This document shows positions 9,901 through 18,597 of a DNA stretch of 54,401 nt, in pieces (position 1 is the stretch's first letter; the number at the start of each line of letters is the position of its first letter). The notes beneath the pieces were generated by a model, which saw only the letters and a list, made by a program, of their open reading frames with translations, had not been told where the DNA came from and made no database searches. The position numbers were made by a program, and so were the translations under genes. Source of the stretch: Bdellovibrionales bacterium (lineage in GTDB: Bacteria; Bdellovibrionota; Bdellovibrionia; Bdellovibrionales; JAGQZY01); NCBI GenBank assembly GCA_043764415.1, contig JAYUKO010000155.1, positions 1 through 54,401 of the forward strand. The letters are read 5' to 3'.

Positions 9901-12900
9901 CGTAACTTGTCGTGATCGCATCCGGCGCCCGAATCGCTACAGTGTCGGTACCACCGACTGCGAGCTCGCGCATGATCAACTGACCTGTTTGGCCTGTCCC
10001 TGTTCCGTTTGGACGCGATGTAATTGCGCCAGCCGCATCGAGGATGGTACCTGGTACTGTCGTACCGATTCCAACATTTCCAACAGAATCAATTCGCACC
10101 TTTTCGGTGGGCGTTCCAGCAGTTCGAGTTGTAAAGGTCAATGCAGCATCCGTCGTTGCGGCTGATTCCCAGGCTGCGGCAACGTAGGCCATGTTTGTGG
10201 TGCCATTTCCTTGCAGCGAAATACGGGGTCCTCGGCCACTGGCTGCCGTCGCTGTATTCACAACAGTGAGAGTTGTCAGCTGCCCATTGGTAGTTCCAGA
10301 AACTTCCAGCAATGAGCCGGGCGTGGTGGTTCCGATACCAACCTGGCCGGAAGCATCAAAGGTCATGCGCTCAACACCATTTGTTACCATATGGAAGAGA
10401 TTTGCTGAAGAGCGATAGATACCCGTATCAACGTCACCCTGAAATGTATATCCTGGAACACTGACCGTTCCACTTGCCGCGTAAAATTTGGAGTTACTTG
10501 AAATAACTGTGGTGTTTACATTGTCGACAATATTCCCGTCGACTCGAACGTTACCAGTCACATGCAACGGCTGAGCAGGAACCGTTGTACCAATACCCAC
10601 ATTGCCGCTCTGATCAATAACAAATGGACTGGTGTCACTGGCGACGTCATTCACACGGAATGAATCTCCCGTGCCTGCATTTGTAATCGATAAAAAATTT
10701 GTACCTGAAGCTGCGATATCGGTAGATGCATCCAATGACATGGTGTCTGAGAATTTATCAAAGTTTAAACTGTCATCAGCAATCGATGCCGCTCCACTGG
10801 ATGTCCAACTTAAGATTCCAGCACCGTCGGTTGTGAGAACTTGGTTCGAAGTGCCTGCTGTGCCTGGAAGTGTGAGTGAATAACTTGTGGTTATGGCATC
10901 TGGCGCTCGAATCGCTACGGTGTCGGTACCACCGGCTGCGAGTTCGCGCATAATCAACTGACCTGTTTGACCTGTGCCTGTTCCGTTGGGCCTTGAAGTG
11001 ATAGCACCCGCCACGTCGAGTAATGTGCCTGCACTGCTTGTTCCGATACCAACTCCGCCGTTGGCGCCGATGCGCATGCGCTCTCCACCGCGATAAAACA
11101 TAAGATCATCAGAAGCTACAGGCTGAGCAATGGCCCACGCTTGGCCACCGGTACCGCCGAATAATTCGATACCAACTTCACCACCGGCTTGCGTTGCTCG
11201 CTCGACGCGAGCGTAGGAACTCCCAGACGATAAGATATGCAACTGTCTACCGGCCGCAGTAGTACCAATACCCACTTGACCACTGTTATCAATCACGAAG
11301 GGGCTTGTGTCGCCAGTGGCGTCGTTCACTCGGAAGGAATCACCAGTACCTGAATTCGTGACCGAAAGAACATTTGTGCCGCTGGCTGCGATATCTGTAC
11401 TTGCATCTAAAGTCATGGCATCTGCAAAGTGAGTGAAGTCTAAACTGTCTGCTGCTGGCGCGAGAGAGCTCACCCAACTGAGTATGCCTGTTCCGTCTGT
11501 TGAAAGAACCTGGCCAGAACTTCCTGCTGTAGCAGGTAACGTGAGAGCGTAGCTCGTTGTGATGGCATCCGGTGCACGAATCGTTGCGGTTTCGGCTCCA
11601 CCGGCTGCGAGCTCACGCATGGTCAACTGACCGGTTTCACCAGTGGCCGTTCCATAAGGTCGTGATGTCATGGCTCCAGATACATCTAGTAATGTTCCGG
11701 GAGCTGTTGTTCCTATACCCACACTGCCATTTGAAGAATTAATTGTCAGCCAAGTTGTTGAACCATTCATATTAGAAAAACGAAGATCTTTTTGGCTACC
11801 CGCTGTGTAATCAAGACCTGATTGAAACCAATTTGCCACCGCATTTGTTGTAAAACGCAGACTCCCCTGATTGGCAGCGGATGGTACAAAACGAATTGAC
11901 GAAGATGAACCTGAGTTTGCACCCACTTCAAAGGCGGCACCTGGAGCTGAGGTACCTACCCCCACATTTCCGCTGGCATCAATCACGAATGGAGATGTAT
12001 CTCCGGCCGCATCATTCACGCGGAACGAATCACCAGTTCCTGTATTTGTAATCGAAAGTACATTGGTTCCACTGGCCGCGATGTCTGTGCTTGCGTCTAA
12101 CGTCATGGAATCTGCAAAGTGTGTGAAGTCTAAAGTATCAGCACCTGGAGTTGTTGACGGTGTTGTCCAGCTCAATACTCCCGAGCCATTCGTAGTTAAA
12201 ACTTGGCTGGCGCTGCCGGCCGTATCTGGAAGTGTTAGTACGTAGTTTGTTCCTATGGTGGCTGGAGCTTGAATCGCTGCGTACTCACCTCCTGCACTGT
12301 CCGCGAAGCGGGCTTGATTTTGCGCATTCAATGTTAATGCTCCAGTCATGGAATCGCCAGACTTCGCAACTTTCTCCGTATCCAACTCGTTGATTGCGGT
12401 TTGTGCTGTTGTGGCTGCGAGTGCTCCTGCTGGGGTGTTAGGAATTGTTCCTAAATCTAAATTTGCCTCTGCAACATTAAGGTCAATTTCGTTATTGCCA
12501 GCATCAAGGGCCACACTGATTTTGTTGCTAGCAGCATTGATGTTTCTGAATTCCAGATCAAAAGTAGTTTTTTGTTTAAATACGCCCACGCCACCAGCGC
12601 CTTGATTGCTCGCAGTGTTGGTTTCGCCCACTCCTGCTGGAGTGACCCATGCAAGAACTCCGTTACCATCGGTTTGCAAATACTGACCGCTATTTCCATC
12701 GTCTGGAGGCAACGTGAGAGTGTAATTTGCTGCCAAAGTTGTGAGGGCCTTGAATGCCACGTAGTTTGCGCCGCTACCGTCGGCTTCGGAAAGTCTTAAT
12801 TCTTGCTCGTTATCGATATTCAATGCACCAGTCATCGTGTCGCCGGCTTTTGCTACTTTTTCAGTATCAAGTTCGTTAATCGCGGCCTGCACTTCCGTAG

Positions 12901-15544
12901 CGGAAATTGAACCCGCCGGAGTGTTGTCAATTTGATTAGCATCGTAATCACTGGCTGCCGCTACGACAGCTCCTGATCTTCCAAAAACTGTTGTTACGGG
13001 AGCCGAAGGAATCGCAATCCAACTGAGAACTCCCGCGCCGTTTGTGGAAAGCACTTGGCCGTTAGTTCCTGCGGTATCGGGTAAAGTTAACACATAGTTT
13101 GCTGCAATCGTCGCAGGAGCTTGGATGGCTGCGTACTCGCCGCCTGCACTGTCGGCAAAACGAGCTTGGGCTTGAGTGTTGAGTGTAATACTTGTAGCCG
13201 TACTGGCTCCGCGACCTGTTATAGTCGCTAATGTGTCGGCTTCAGCTGTTAGATAACCGTTATTCGACACCATAGCGTCCACTTCGGTTTCGCTGAGCAC
13301 GAAGTTTGTGCGGGTCATTTTTCTGAGTGCCGTTACGCTTGCATCATAAATCAAAATTTCGTCAGCGCCGGCAACTGCTGTTTCAGCTGTGGTTCCGTTA
13401 ATATTCACTGATAAACTGCGGTCAGCAGACAGGTCGCCACCACCGGTGAGTCCGCTGCCTGCAGCGGTATTGACAGCACGTGTGCTTGCCACTTTTTCGC
13501 TATCCAACTCGTTGATCGCGGCTTGTACATCTGTGGCAGCTATTGTTCCTGCCGCGGTGTTATCGATTTGATTGGCGTCGTAATCACTCGCTGCCGCTAC
13601 GACAGCGCCTGATCTTCCAAACACAGTTGTAACTGGCGCAGATGGAATCGCAATCCAGCTAAGAACGCCCGAACCGTTCGTTGAAAGCACTTGGCCATTT
13701 GTTCCTGCAGTGTCTGGCAACGTGAGAACGTAGTTTGCTCCGATTGTTGTAGGAGCTTGAATCGCCGCGTACTCACCGCCTGCGCTATCTGCAAAGCGCG
13801 CTTGATTTTGCGCAGTAAAAGTTAATGCACCACTCATAGAGTCGCCAACTTTAGCAACTTTGTCGGCATCGAGTTCGTTAATGGCTGCTTGAACATTGGT
13901 CGCGGCGATTGTGCCTGCTGCGGTATTTGGAATCACTGCGGAATCCAAATTGGCTTCGTTGACATTGATGTCCACTTCTTTGTTTGCGGCATCCAAAGCC
14001 ACACTCACTTTGTTGCTTGCGGCATTTAAATTTCTAAATTGCAAATCAACACCCGATTTCGCATCGTAAAATCCAACGCCACCAACACCTTGATTGCTTG
14101 CCGTGTTGGTCTCGCCTACTGCTGCAGGAGATGTCCAACTCAACACTCCGCTACCATTTGTGGTGAGCACTTGGTTTACAGCGCCAGCGCCTGCTGGCAG
14201 TGTAAGAGTGTAATTCGCACCCAATGTGGTAAGCGCTTTGATGGCCACGTAGTTTGCACCACTACCATCGGCTTCGGAAAGTCTTAATTCTTGTTCGTTG
14301 TCGATGTTAAGTGCACCGGTCATTGTGTCGCCGGCTTTTGCTACTTTTTCTGTATCTAATTCGTTGATCGCAGCTTGTACTTCAGTAGCGGAAATGGCAC
14401 CTGCAGGAGTGTTATCAATTTGCACAGCATCGTAATCACTGGCTGCTGCAACAACGGCACCCGTTCTGCCGAACACGCTGTCCACCGGAGACACTGCAAA
14501 TTCAGCCGGTCCATCCCAAAACATCAACTTATTCGTCGTGGTGTTGTACCACACCGTGCCTTCGTGCCCTGCTACTAGCGGAGTCGCAACAAGCGTCGCT
14601 TGCTGAGCCGTGGTATAAACTCCAAAGCGAAATGTTCTTTGCGCAGCTTGAGTCATGTGGCCAATGTCGGTTATGTCGTTTGTTGCCATGTCGATGGTGC
14701 CAGCCATTATACCGCCGGCTAAAGGAAGCTTCGTGGGATCGGCACTTCCTGAACTTAAAGTTTGAACAACTGTGCCATCGTAGTAGCGCAGCACAAAGTC
14801 GTCGCTGTCGTACCAAATTTGTCCCGCAGTGGGCGCTCCAGGATTTGTTGCACGGTTTGGAATTACCGTTCCGTTTGTTGTATTTTGTAAATACAGCGAA
14901 CTGCTACCGGCAAGGAGGCCGCTCAGTGTGGTGTAGCTGGCGCCAAAGAGCGTGTTCACTTTAGCCTGGGTGACATCGGTATTGGTCTGCACGAAATCTG
15001 ATGGCGCCATGCCTTGCAATGTTTCAGCAACCAAAGACTGCGGTACGGAATCAATTTGCATATCAGGCGAAAGCGTACTCGTCACACTCGTGGTGCTCGG
15101 TGTAACTATAAAACGAAAGTATCTTGTGTCGCCCGCTGTCGGAATGTACCCGCAACCTGCACCGCCTGAAGTTTTACCAGCAATCGATGCGTTTTGATTT
15201 TGGAAAATCTGCATCATGGAATTTCCAACGTCGATGGTAGCAGTCGTGCGTTTTAAAGACTCAGCGCCAGACGTGGGCGAGCCCACTCGCACGTTGAAGT
15301 ATCCGTTCGACGACAACGTGCTCACCGTTTGTTCTTCTTCGTACAAAATACAAGTTTTTGCAGGATTTAAAATCTGAATTTTCATCAACACGGAATTGTC
15401 GAGAAGCGGATCTTCGGGAGTGGCGGAATCGTAAAGACGTCCATCCACAGTCATAAACTGCGGAGGTTCAGTTTGTGCGAAGGCCATCGATGTCAAAATC
15501 ACCGACCCAACCACAACCGCTAACACTTTGAATTTTAAGAACAT
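6983..15544 (-). CDS. giant secreted repetitive fibre/adhesin (about 2,853 aa) built from phage-tail-fibre-like modules
   Basis: Single uninterrupted frame. The track starts at GTG 15562. I prefer ATG 15544, which gives MFLKFKVLAVVVGSVILTSMAFA|Q. It contains the tail-fibre hallmarks VFGR(T/S)GAVVAAASDYDA.QIDN, VQAAINELD.EKVAK.GD(T/S)M(T/S)GAL and G.VGIGT..PG.LLDV, plus a non-repeated C-terminal domain. Confidence 0.85.
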   Translation of the reverse strand: MFLKFKVLAVVVGSVILTSMAFAQTEPPQFMTVDGRLYDSATPEDPLLDNSVLMKIQILNPAKTCILYEEEQTVSTLSSNGYFNVRVGSPTSGAESLKRTTATIDVGNSMMQIFQNQNASIAGKTSGGAGCGYIPTAGDTRYFRFIVTPSTTSVTSTLSPDMQIDSVPQSLVAETLQGMAPSDFVQTNTDVTQAKVNTLFGASYTTLSGLLAGSSSLYLQNTTNGTVIPNRATNPGAPTAGQIWYDSDDFVLRYYDGTVVQTLSSGSADPTKLPLAGGIMAGTIDMATNDITDIGHMTQAAQRTFRFGVYTTAQQATLVATPLVAGHEGTVWYNTTTNKLMFWDGPAEFAVSPVDSVFGRTGAVVAAASDYDAVQIDNTPAGAISATEVQAAINELDTEKVAKAGDTMTGALNIDNEQELRLSEADGSGANYVAIKALTTLGANYTLTLPAGAGAVNQVLTTNGSGVLSWTSPAAVGETNTASNQGVGGVGFYDAKSGVDLQFRNLNAASNKVSVALDAANKEVDINVNEANLDSAVIPNTAAGTIAATNVQAAINELDADKVAKVGDSMSGALTFTAQNQARFADSAGGEYAAIQAPTTIGANYVLTLPDTAGTNGQVLSTNGSGVLSWIAIPSAPVTTVFGRSGAVVAAASDYDANQIDNTAAGTIAATDVQAAINELDSEKVASTRAVNTAAGSGLTGGGDLSADRSLSVNINGTTAETAVAGADEILIYDASVTALRKMTRTNFVLSETEVDAMVSNNGYLTAEADTLATITGRGASTATSITLNTQAQARFADSAGGEYAAIQAPATIAANYVLTLPDTAGTNGQVLSTNGAGVLSWIAIPSAPVTTVFGRSGAVVAAASDYDANQIDNTPAGSISATEVQAAINELDTEKVAKAGDTMTGALNIDNEQELRLSEADGSGANYVAFKALTTLAANYTLTLPPDDGNSGQYLQTDGNGVLAWVTPAGVGETNTASNQGAGGVGVFKQKTTFDLEFRNINAASNKISVALDAGNNEIDLNVAEANLDLGTIPNTPAGALAATTAQTAINELDTEKVAKSGDSMTGALTLNAQNQARFADSAGGEYAAIQAPATIGTNYVLTLPDTAGSASQVLTTNGSGVLSWTTPSTTPGADTLDFTHFADSMTLDASTDIAASGTNVLSITNTGTGDSFRVNDAAGDTSPFVIDASGNVGVGTSAPGAAFEVGANSGSSSSIRFVPSAANQGSLRFTTNAVANWFQSGLDYTAGSQKDLRFSNMNGSTTWLTINSSNGSVGIGTTAPGTLLDVSGAMTSRPYGTATGETGQLTMRELAAGGAETATIRAPDAITTSYALTLPATAGSSGQVLSTDGTGILSWVSSLAPAADSLDFTHFADAMTLDASTDIAASGTNVLSVTNSGTGDSFRVNDATGDTSPFVIDNSGQVGIGTTAAGRQLHILSSGSSYARVERATQAGGEVGIELFGGTGGQAWAIAQPVASDDLMFYRGGERMRIGANGGVGIGTSSAGTLLDVAGAITSRPNGTGTGQTGQLIMRELAAGGTDTVAIRAPDAITTSYSLTLPGTAGTSNQVLTTDGAGILSWTSSGAASIADDSLNFDKFSDTMSLDASTDIAASGTNFLSITNAGTGDSFRVNDVASDTSPFVIDQSGNVGIGTTVPAQPLHVTGNVRVDGNIVDNVNTTVISSNSKFYAASGTVSVPGYTFQGDVDTGIYRSSANLFHMVTNGVERMTFDASGQVGIGTTTPGSLLEVSGTTNGQLTTLTVVNTATAASGRGPRISLQGNGTTNMAYVAAAWESAATTDAALTFTTRTAGTPTEKVRIDSVGNVGIGTTVPGTILDAAGAITSRPNGTGTGQTGQLIMRELAVGGTDTVAIRAPDAITTSYALTLPGTAGAANQVLTTDGAGILSWTTSSTTPAFPLLGSLGSVGAPTYSFSGDTNTGWYSPSADILAASTGGTERLRIIDNNNNTMAVTGTISAYSITTSNSFYDSTFEDIGSTNSTDNIVNFYRLRGDATAPGAGFGGKVSFQLEGFTDGSRVSASQFSWGWEGAQSNDTTARDSYFSISTTLDNTTSERLRIDSAGNLGIGTTVPGTLLDVNGAITSRPNGTGTGQTGQLIMRELAVGGTDTVAIRAPDAITTSYALTLPGTAGAANQVLTTDGAGILSWTSTGAASIADDSLNFDKFSDTMSLDASTDIAASGTNFLSITNTGTGDSFRVNDVASDTSPFVIDQSGNVGIGTSAPAAVLHQSSNRSAAAWAANGIGIRQDAATYTDTTSSGTVAANYVNAFATPTLAASGATTYTKAATVYIADKPTAGANTTFTDANALYVASGGVGIGGFNTNQYGLWVEGNSAGISPVVTVKNSSSGVGSGTSIQFKAGTVNAASIYTEVESANNNFMAFETRTASSLTEKARILASGNFGIGTTIPGTLLDVAGAVTSRPSGTGTGQTGQLILRELAAGGADTATIRAPDAITTSYALTLPTTAGSSGQVLQTNGSGVLSWVTALTGTTGFVNAGNSFTADATLGTNDNYGLLFETNNSTRIEIKNNGDIEFGGASFNPAKFEFMTNPYSETTGTVINQSNYAFVNGVAAGSANFIGQESYVISNRSGNQTGTMTATRARVDHTGAAGGANLSAAKVGEFIFQGSAETATNVSILDVVSGVDGTGSITNNYGVRVRAATDTSTGAIANNYGVYIDSQTAGSTLNYALYSAGGANYFAGNVGIGSITPAVALDVAGTARVLASDEGAATATNSSTTYTIPDLSRNVRRITLNGNTTLTLPTIGTLATDQAFTLTVRVVQDATGSRTLAWAGNGNTIKWDTGTAAAPAAGVGETTIYQFLIIGGETTWYASMVWREN
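8045..11728 (-). repeat. five dispersed copies of an approximately 88-aa module, plus larger near-identical DNA duplications, inside the fibre gene
   Basis: Module GIGT..PGTLLDV.GA.TSRP.GTGTGQTGQL.(M/L)RELA.GG.DT..IRAPDAITTSY.LTLP.TAG...QVL.T.G.G.LSW occurs at about 8045-8302, 9055-9310, 9826-10080, 10804-11060 and 11471-11727. There is a 92-bp perfect identity at 9153-9244 = 9924-10015. About 250 bp at 8883-9134 is near-identical to 10632-10883 (offset 1749 bp). Confidence 0.85.
12165..14482 (-). repeat. A-B-A' super-repeat (about 290 + 206 + 290 aa) of tail-fibre-like modules inside the fibre gene
   Basis: Units starting VFGR(T/S)GAVVAAASDYDA recur three times. The first and third units are collinear (..NIDNEQELRLSEADGSGANYVA.KALTTL..NTASNQG.GGVG..). 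The DNA offset is 1488 bp, seen in the antisense ORFs ending at 12799 and 14287. Confidence 0.8.
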
Positions 15545-15635
15545 TAAAAGACGTAGCACCACGATAAACTTATCGGTTTTAAATGCGAAAAATTAAGGGA
15601 TTAGACAAAAGTTGGGCATATTGTATGGGTATATT

Positions 15636-15650
15636 TTCTCAATTTGAGAA
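15636..15650. promoter_or_regulatory. perfect 7-1-7 palindrome TTCTCAA-T-TTGAGAA in the divergent fibre/MFS intergenic region
   Basis: Read directly at 15636-15650. A second palindrome, CGATAA-ac-TTATCG, lies at 15562-15575 just upstream of the fibre ATG. Confidence 0.3.
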
Positions 15651-15738
15651 TGATCAGTCATCTACGCCTCAAACTAGACCAATTTATTGAAAAAATTGAA
15701 CATTGCCGGTGAAAAAAGCATGTGGCACCATTTGCTTG

Positions 15739-16986
15739 ATGACCTACTTCAGTCTGATGAAAGCCGAGCCTCGACCCCTCCTTTTTGCAATGTGTAACTC
15801 TTTTTTTTCGTGCTTTGGGCAATCGCACTTTTTAGCTCTCTTTAGTTTAACAATTTTGCAGCAATATCATCTTTCAAATACAAATTTTGGTAGCCTTTAC
15901 GCTGGAGCCACTTTTTTGAGCGCCTTTTTTTTACCAGTGATCGGCCCGTGGATCGATCGCGTGGACGTGCGAAAATACTGCTTGTTGGTTTTATTTTCGC
16001 TCATCATTGGATATTATTTTTTGCTCTCTACAAATTCCTTGGTGGTTCTTTTTATCAGCCTTTTTTTATTGCGCATGGGTGGTCAAGGTTTATGCACCCA
16101 TATCAACGGCGTCTGTACTGCCCGCTACTTCGGTAACAATCGCGGAAAGGCCCTCAGTCTTACAAATACGGGTTTTCCCTTGGCCGAGGGAATTTTCACA
16201 CCGATCATGGCGGGATTGATTGTGGTTTATTCACCGCAATTTATAATTTATATTTTACTCACCTTACTCGTGCTCATTTATTTTCCGATGACATTTTTTA
16301 TAACAAAAAATAATTCCCATTTTAACAAACCTCTCCTTTCCGAAGAAGTTCCCGATCATCATACCAGCCGAAAAAACTGGACACCGCACGATGTTCTTCG
16401 CCACAAGATTTTTTATCTTTTGATCTCTCACAGTATTTTTCCGGCATTTTCACTGTCTGGTTTTTTAATCTATCAAATGTCCTACGCACAAAGCAAAAAC
16501 TGGCCCCTCAATACGGTGGCTTTAGCCATGAGTCTTTTTGCCTGCGGCAGGCTGCTTTCGGCGTTCGTTACCGGGCCGTTGGTGGATCGATTGGGAGCTT
16601 TGCGACTATTTCCATTTTATCAGCTGCCGCTGGCCATAGCATTTTCACTCATGTGGTATTTTGAATCCCCGTGGATCGCCAGCGTGGGACTGTTTTTGTG
16701 CGGAGTCACTGTTGGCGCTGCAGCTCCCATCAAATCTTCCTTGTGGGCAGAGTTGTACGGGGTGGCACATTTGGGCGCCATTAAAAGTCTATTCGCCACG
16801 ATCATCGTTGTTGTAACGTCTGTCAGCCCGTTATTTTTTGGCTGGATGATTGATCAAAATCAGCACATCTTTTTACTACTATTACTCACTCTTATATCTC
16901 TCATCACCACAGCTTTGGGATCGCTCGCTGTGTTTCTTTATAGAAAAGAAAGTGCATCGGAACGTATATTGTCACTCAAAAGGTAA
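15739..16986 (+). CDS. MFS transporter
   Basis: Hydrophobic throughout. MFS motif-A-like loops GPWIDRVDVRK in the first half and GPLVDRLGALR in the second half. The track ORF begins at TTG 15703. I use the first in-frame ATG, so the start is uncertain. Confidence 0.75.
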   Translation: MTYFSLMKAEPRPLLFAMCNSFFSCFGQSHFLALFSLTILQQYHLSNTNFGSLYAGATFLSAFFLPVIGPWIDRVDVRKYCLLVLFSLIIGYYFLLSTNSLVVLFISLFLLRMGGQGLCTHINGVCTARYFGNNRGKALSLTNTGFPLAEGIFTPIMAGLIVVYSPQFIIYILLTLLVLIYFPMTFFITKNNSHFNKPLLSEEVPDHHTSRKNWTPHDVLRHKIFYLLISHSIFPAFSLSGFLIYQMSYAQSKNWPLNTVALAMSLFACGRLLSAFVTGPLVDRLGALRLFPFYQLPLAIAFSLMWYFESPWIASVGLFLCGVTVGAAAPIKSSLWAELYGVAHLGAIKSLFATIIVVVTSVSPLFFGWMIDQNQHIFLLLLLTLISLITTALGSLAVFLYRKESASERILSLKR

Positions 16987-17078
16987 TCTTTTCCCTCGAC
17001 CCCCCTCCATCAGCACTCTCAATCCACAAGGGCGTGGTACAGAAACTGTAATAGGTAGCTGTGGGGAGAGAGGTGCCG

Positions 17079-18560
17079 ATGAAAGTACACAACATCAAAT
17101 TATGGATAATCGCTATTCCGTTACTTTTGGTAACAAACCCATCTGTGGCTTTGGATTCCTATGTTTACTTTGGAAACACTTTTCAAAAAAATCTCTCCTG
17201 CCAGCGCCTCGCCGTTCAGTTTTCTCCCTACTATATCCTTAACAACGATCTCAGTAATACCAACAACTATCTCCGACGCGGTAGTTTTGTGGACTTTAAA
17301 AAAGATAAAATCATTCGCTCGTGGAATTTAGTTACGGAAAGTAAATTGAGCGTCGCCATCACTGACAATTTTTTAGACACCGCAGAAAAATGGAAAATCA
17401 AAGTTCTTACCACTCAAATAGATATTCCGCAGGTTTCTTTAATCAATAAAACTCTTGAAACACAAAAAACCGCTGACGGAAGATTCACCGTCCATCGCTG
17501 TTGCACCGGCAACTCCTGCGAAATCCTTCCCGTCTATAAAGTGTTGGATGGGCAAAAACAAATCGCCGAAATCTCGTTTCATCCAAAAAAATCAAACTTC
17601 TTAAAAAGTTACTCTCTTGCAAAGGGACAACAATCTCTTGTCGAACCGCGAATGTTGGCGCCTCGTGCGACTCCGGCCCACACGTCATCACTCGTTGCTG
17701 CCTCGGTGAGTGTGGTACCTGCCACGGCCGGCGACGAAGACGACCATGAATCCTACAACGACTCCACCACTTCGCAAATTGCGCAAAATATTGTCTGCAC
17801 CCGCTCCGATCCCCTTCGCATTTACGACGACTCCATGCAAACAGTGATCTACAACATTCAAAGATTTCAAGCCATTCGCATTTTTCAAACCTGGGATGGC
17901 GACCGCGAGGAACGACAATCTGGAAGAACCACGTACATAAAGGTGCTAGCTCACAATGCCCGCGGCCAAGAATTCGTGGGTTGGGCCGCCGCCACCTACA
18001 TCAAACGCCCCGATGATTGCCCAGCATTCGGTTTAGTGGGAAGCCCCAGCGGAGAAACCATCATCGAAGGTTCCACCATCGTTGTTGATAACACCTCTGG
18101 TGACTTCCGCTTTCCCACAGAAAATAAACCATCAGCCGAATACACTCGCGGCAATGGAGGACGATATTTCGGAGCCAGCCGTTCGGGCCGCAAACATGCC
18201 GCCTGCGATCTCTTGCGCCCCAACGGTGAAAAAGTCTTTGCTGTCTCTGGAGGAACTGTTCTTCAACGCTATCGCTTTTACGAAGGGACAGATGCCATCG
18301 AAGTAAAACACGACAGTGGCCATGTGATGCGCTACGGAGAGGTTTCCACAAGAACCGTTGGCCATTCTGGAAACGGCGCGCGTGTCGTTAAAGGACAGCA
18401 CCTTGGCTACATATCAAACCTTGGAATGCTGCATTTCGAAATGTATTCGGGCTCAGGCTCTGGCCCCCTCACCGTCCGAGGGCGTGATGAGTACTCTCGC
18501 CGCTCGGACCTTATCGATCCAACGAATTTTTTAAAACAATGGGAAGAATTAACTTTTTAA
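17079..18560 (+). CDS. secreted M23 (LytM-type) peptidase-domain protein with an SH3-like region
   Basis: ATG 17079 is preceded by gagagagg. Signal peptide MKVHNIKLWIIAIPLLLVTNPSVALD. C-terminal M23 motifs GRKHAACDL (HxxxD), VFAVSGGTV, IEVKHDSGHVMRYGEV, GQHLGYISNLGMLHFEMY. Confidence 0.7.
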   Translation: MKVHNIKLWIIAIPLLLVTNPSVALDSYVYFGNTFQKNLSCQRLAVQFSPYYILNNDLSNTNNYLRRGSFVDFKKDKIIRSWNLVTESKLSVAITDNFLDTAEKWKIKVLTTQIDIPQVSLINKTLETQKTADGRFTVHRCCTGNSCEILPVYKVLDGQKQIAEISFHPKKSNFLKSYSLAKGQQSLVEPRMLAPRATPAHTSSLVAASVSVVPATAGDEDDHESYNDSTTSQIAQNIVCTRSDPLRIYDDSMQTVIYNIQRFQAIRIFQTWDGDREERQSGRTTYIKVLAHNARGQEFVGWAAATYIKRPDDCPAFGLVGSPSGETIIEGSTIVVDNTSGDFRFPTENKPSAEYTRGNGGRYFGASRSGRKHAACDLLRPNGEKVFAVSGGTVLQRYRFYEGTDAIEVKHDSGHVMRYGEVSTRTVGHSGNGARVVKGQHLGYISNLGMLHFEMYSGSGSGPLTVRGRDEYSRRSDLIDPTNFLKQWEELTF

Positions 18561-18597
18561 TTTAACGTTAAAACGTCGAATACGACGGAGGACTCTT

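Noticed and set aside
8045-14482. A possible CRISPR array or IS cluster, given the many repeats
   Set aside because: The repeats are long (90-250+ bp), in frame, coding, and have no unique short spacers. There are no cas genes or transposase.
7622-15197. About 20 listed ORFs of 60-124 aa on both strands inside the giant gene
   Set aside because: They are by-products of the long repetitive, Gly/Ala/Thr-rich coding frame. Several are near-duplicates of each other only because the underlying fibre modules are duplicated. None has a start context or motifs.
6983-15544. A prophage tail-fibre gene
   Set aside because: No phage structural, lysis, integrase or repressor genes flank it. The neighbours are an MFS transporter and a two-component system. 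The product has a Sec signal peptide.
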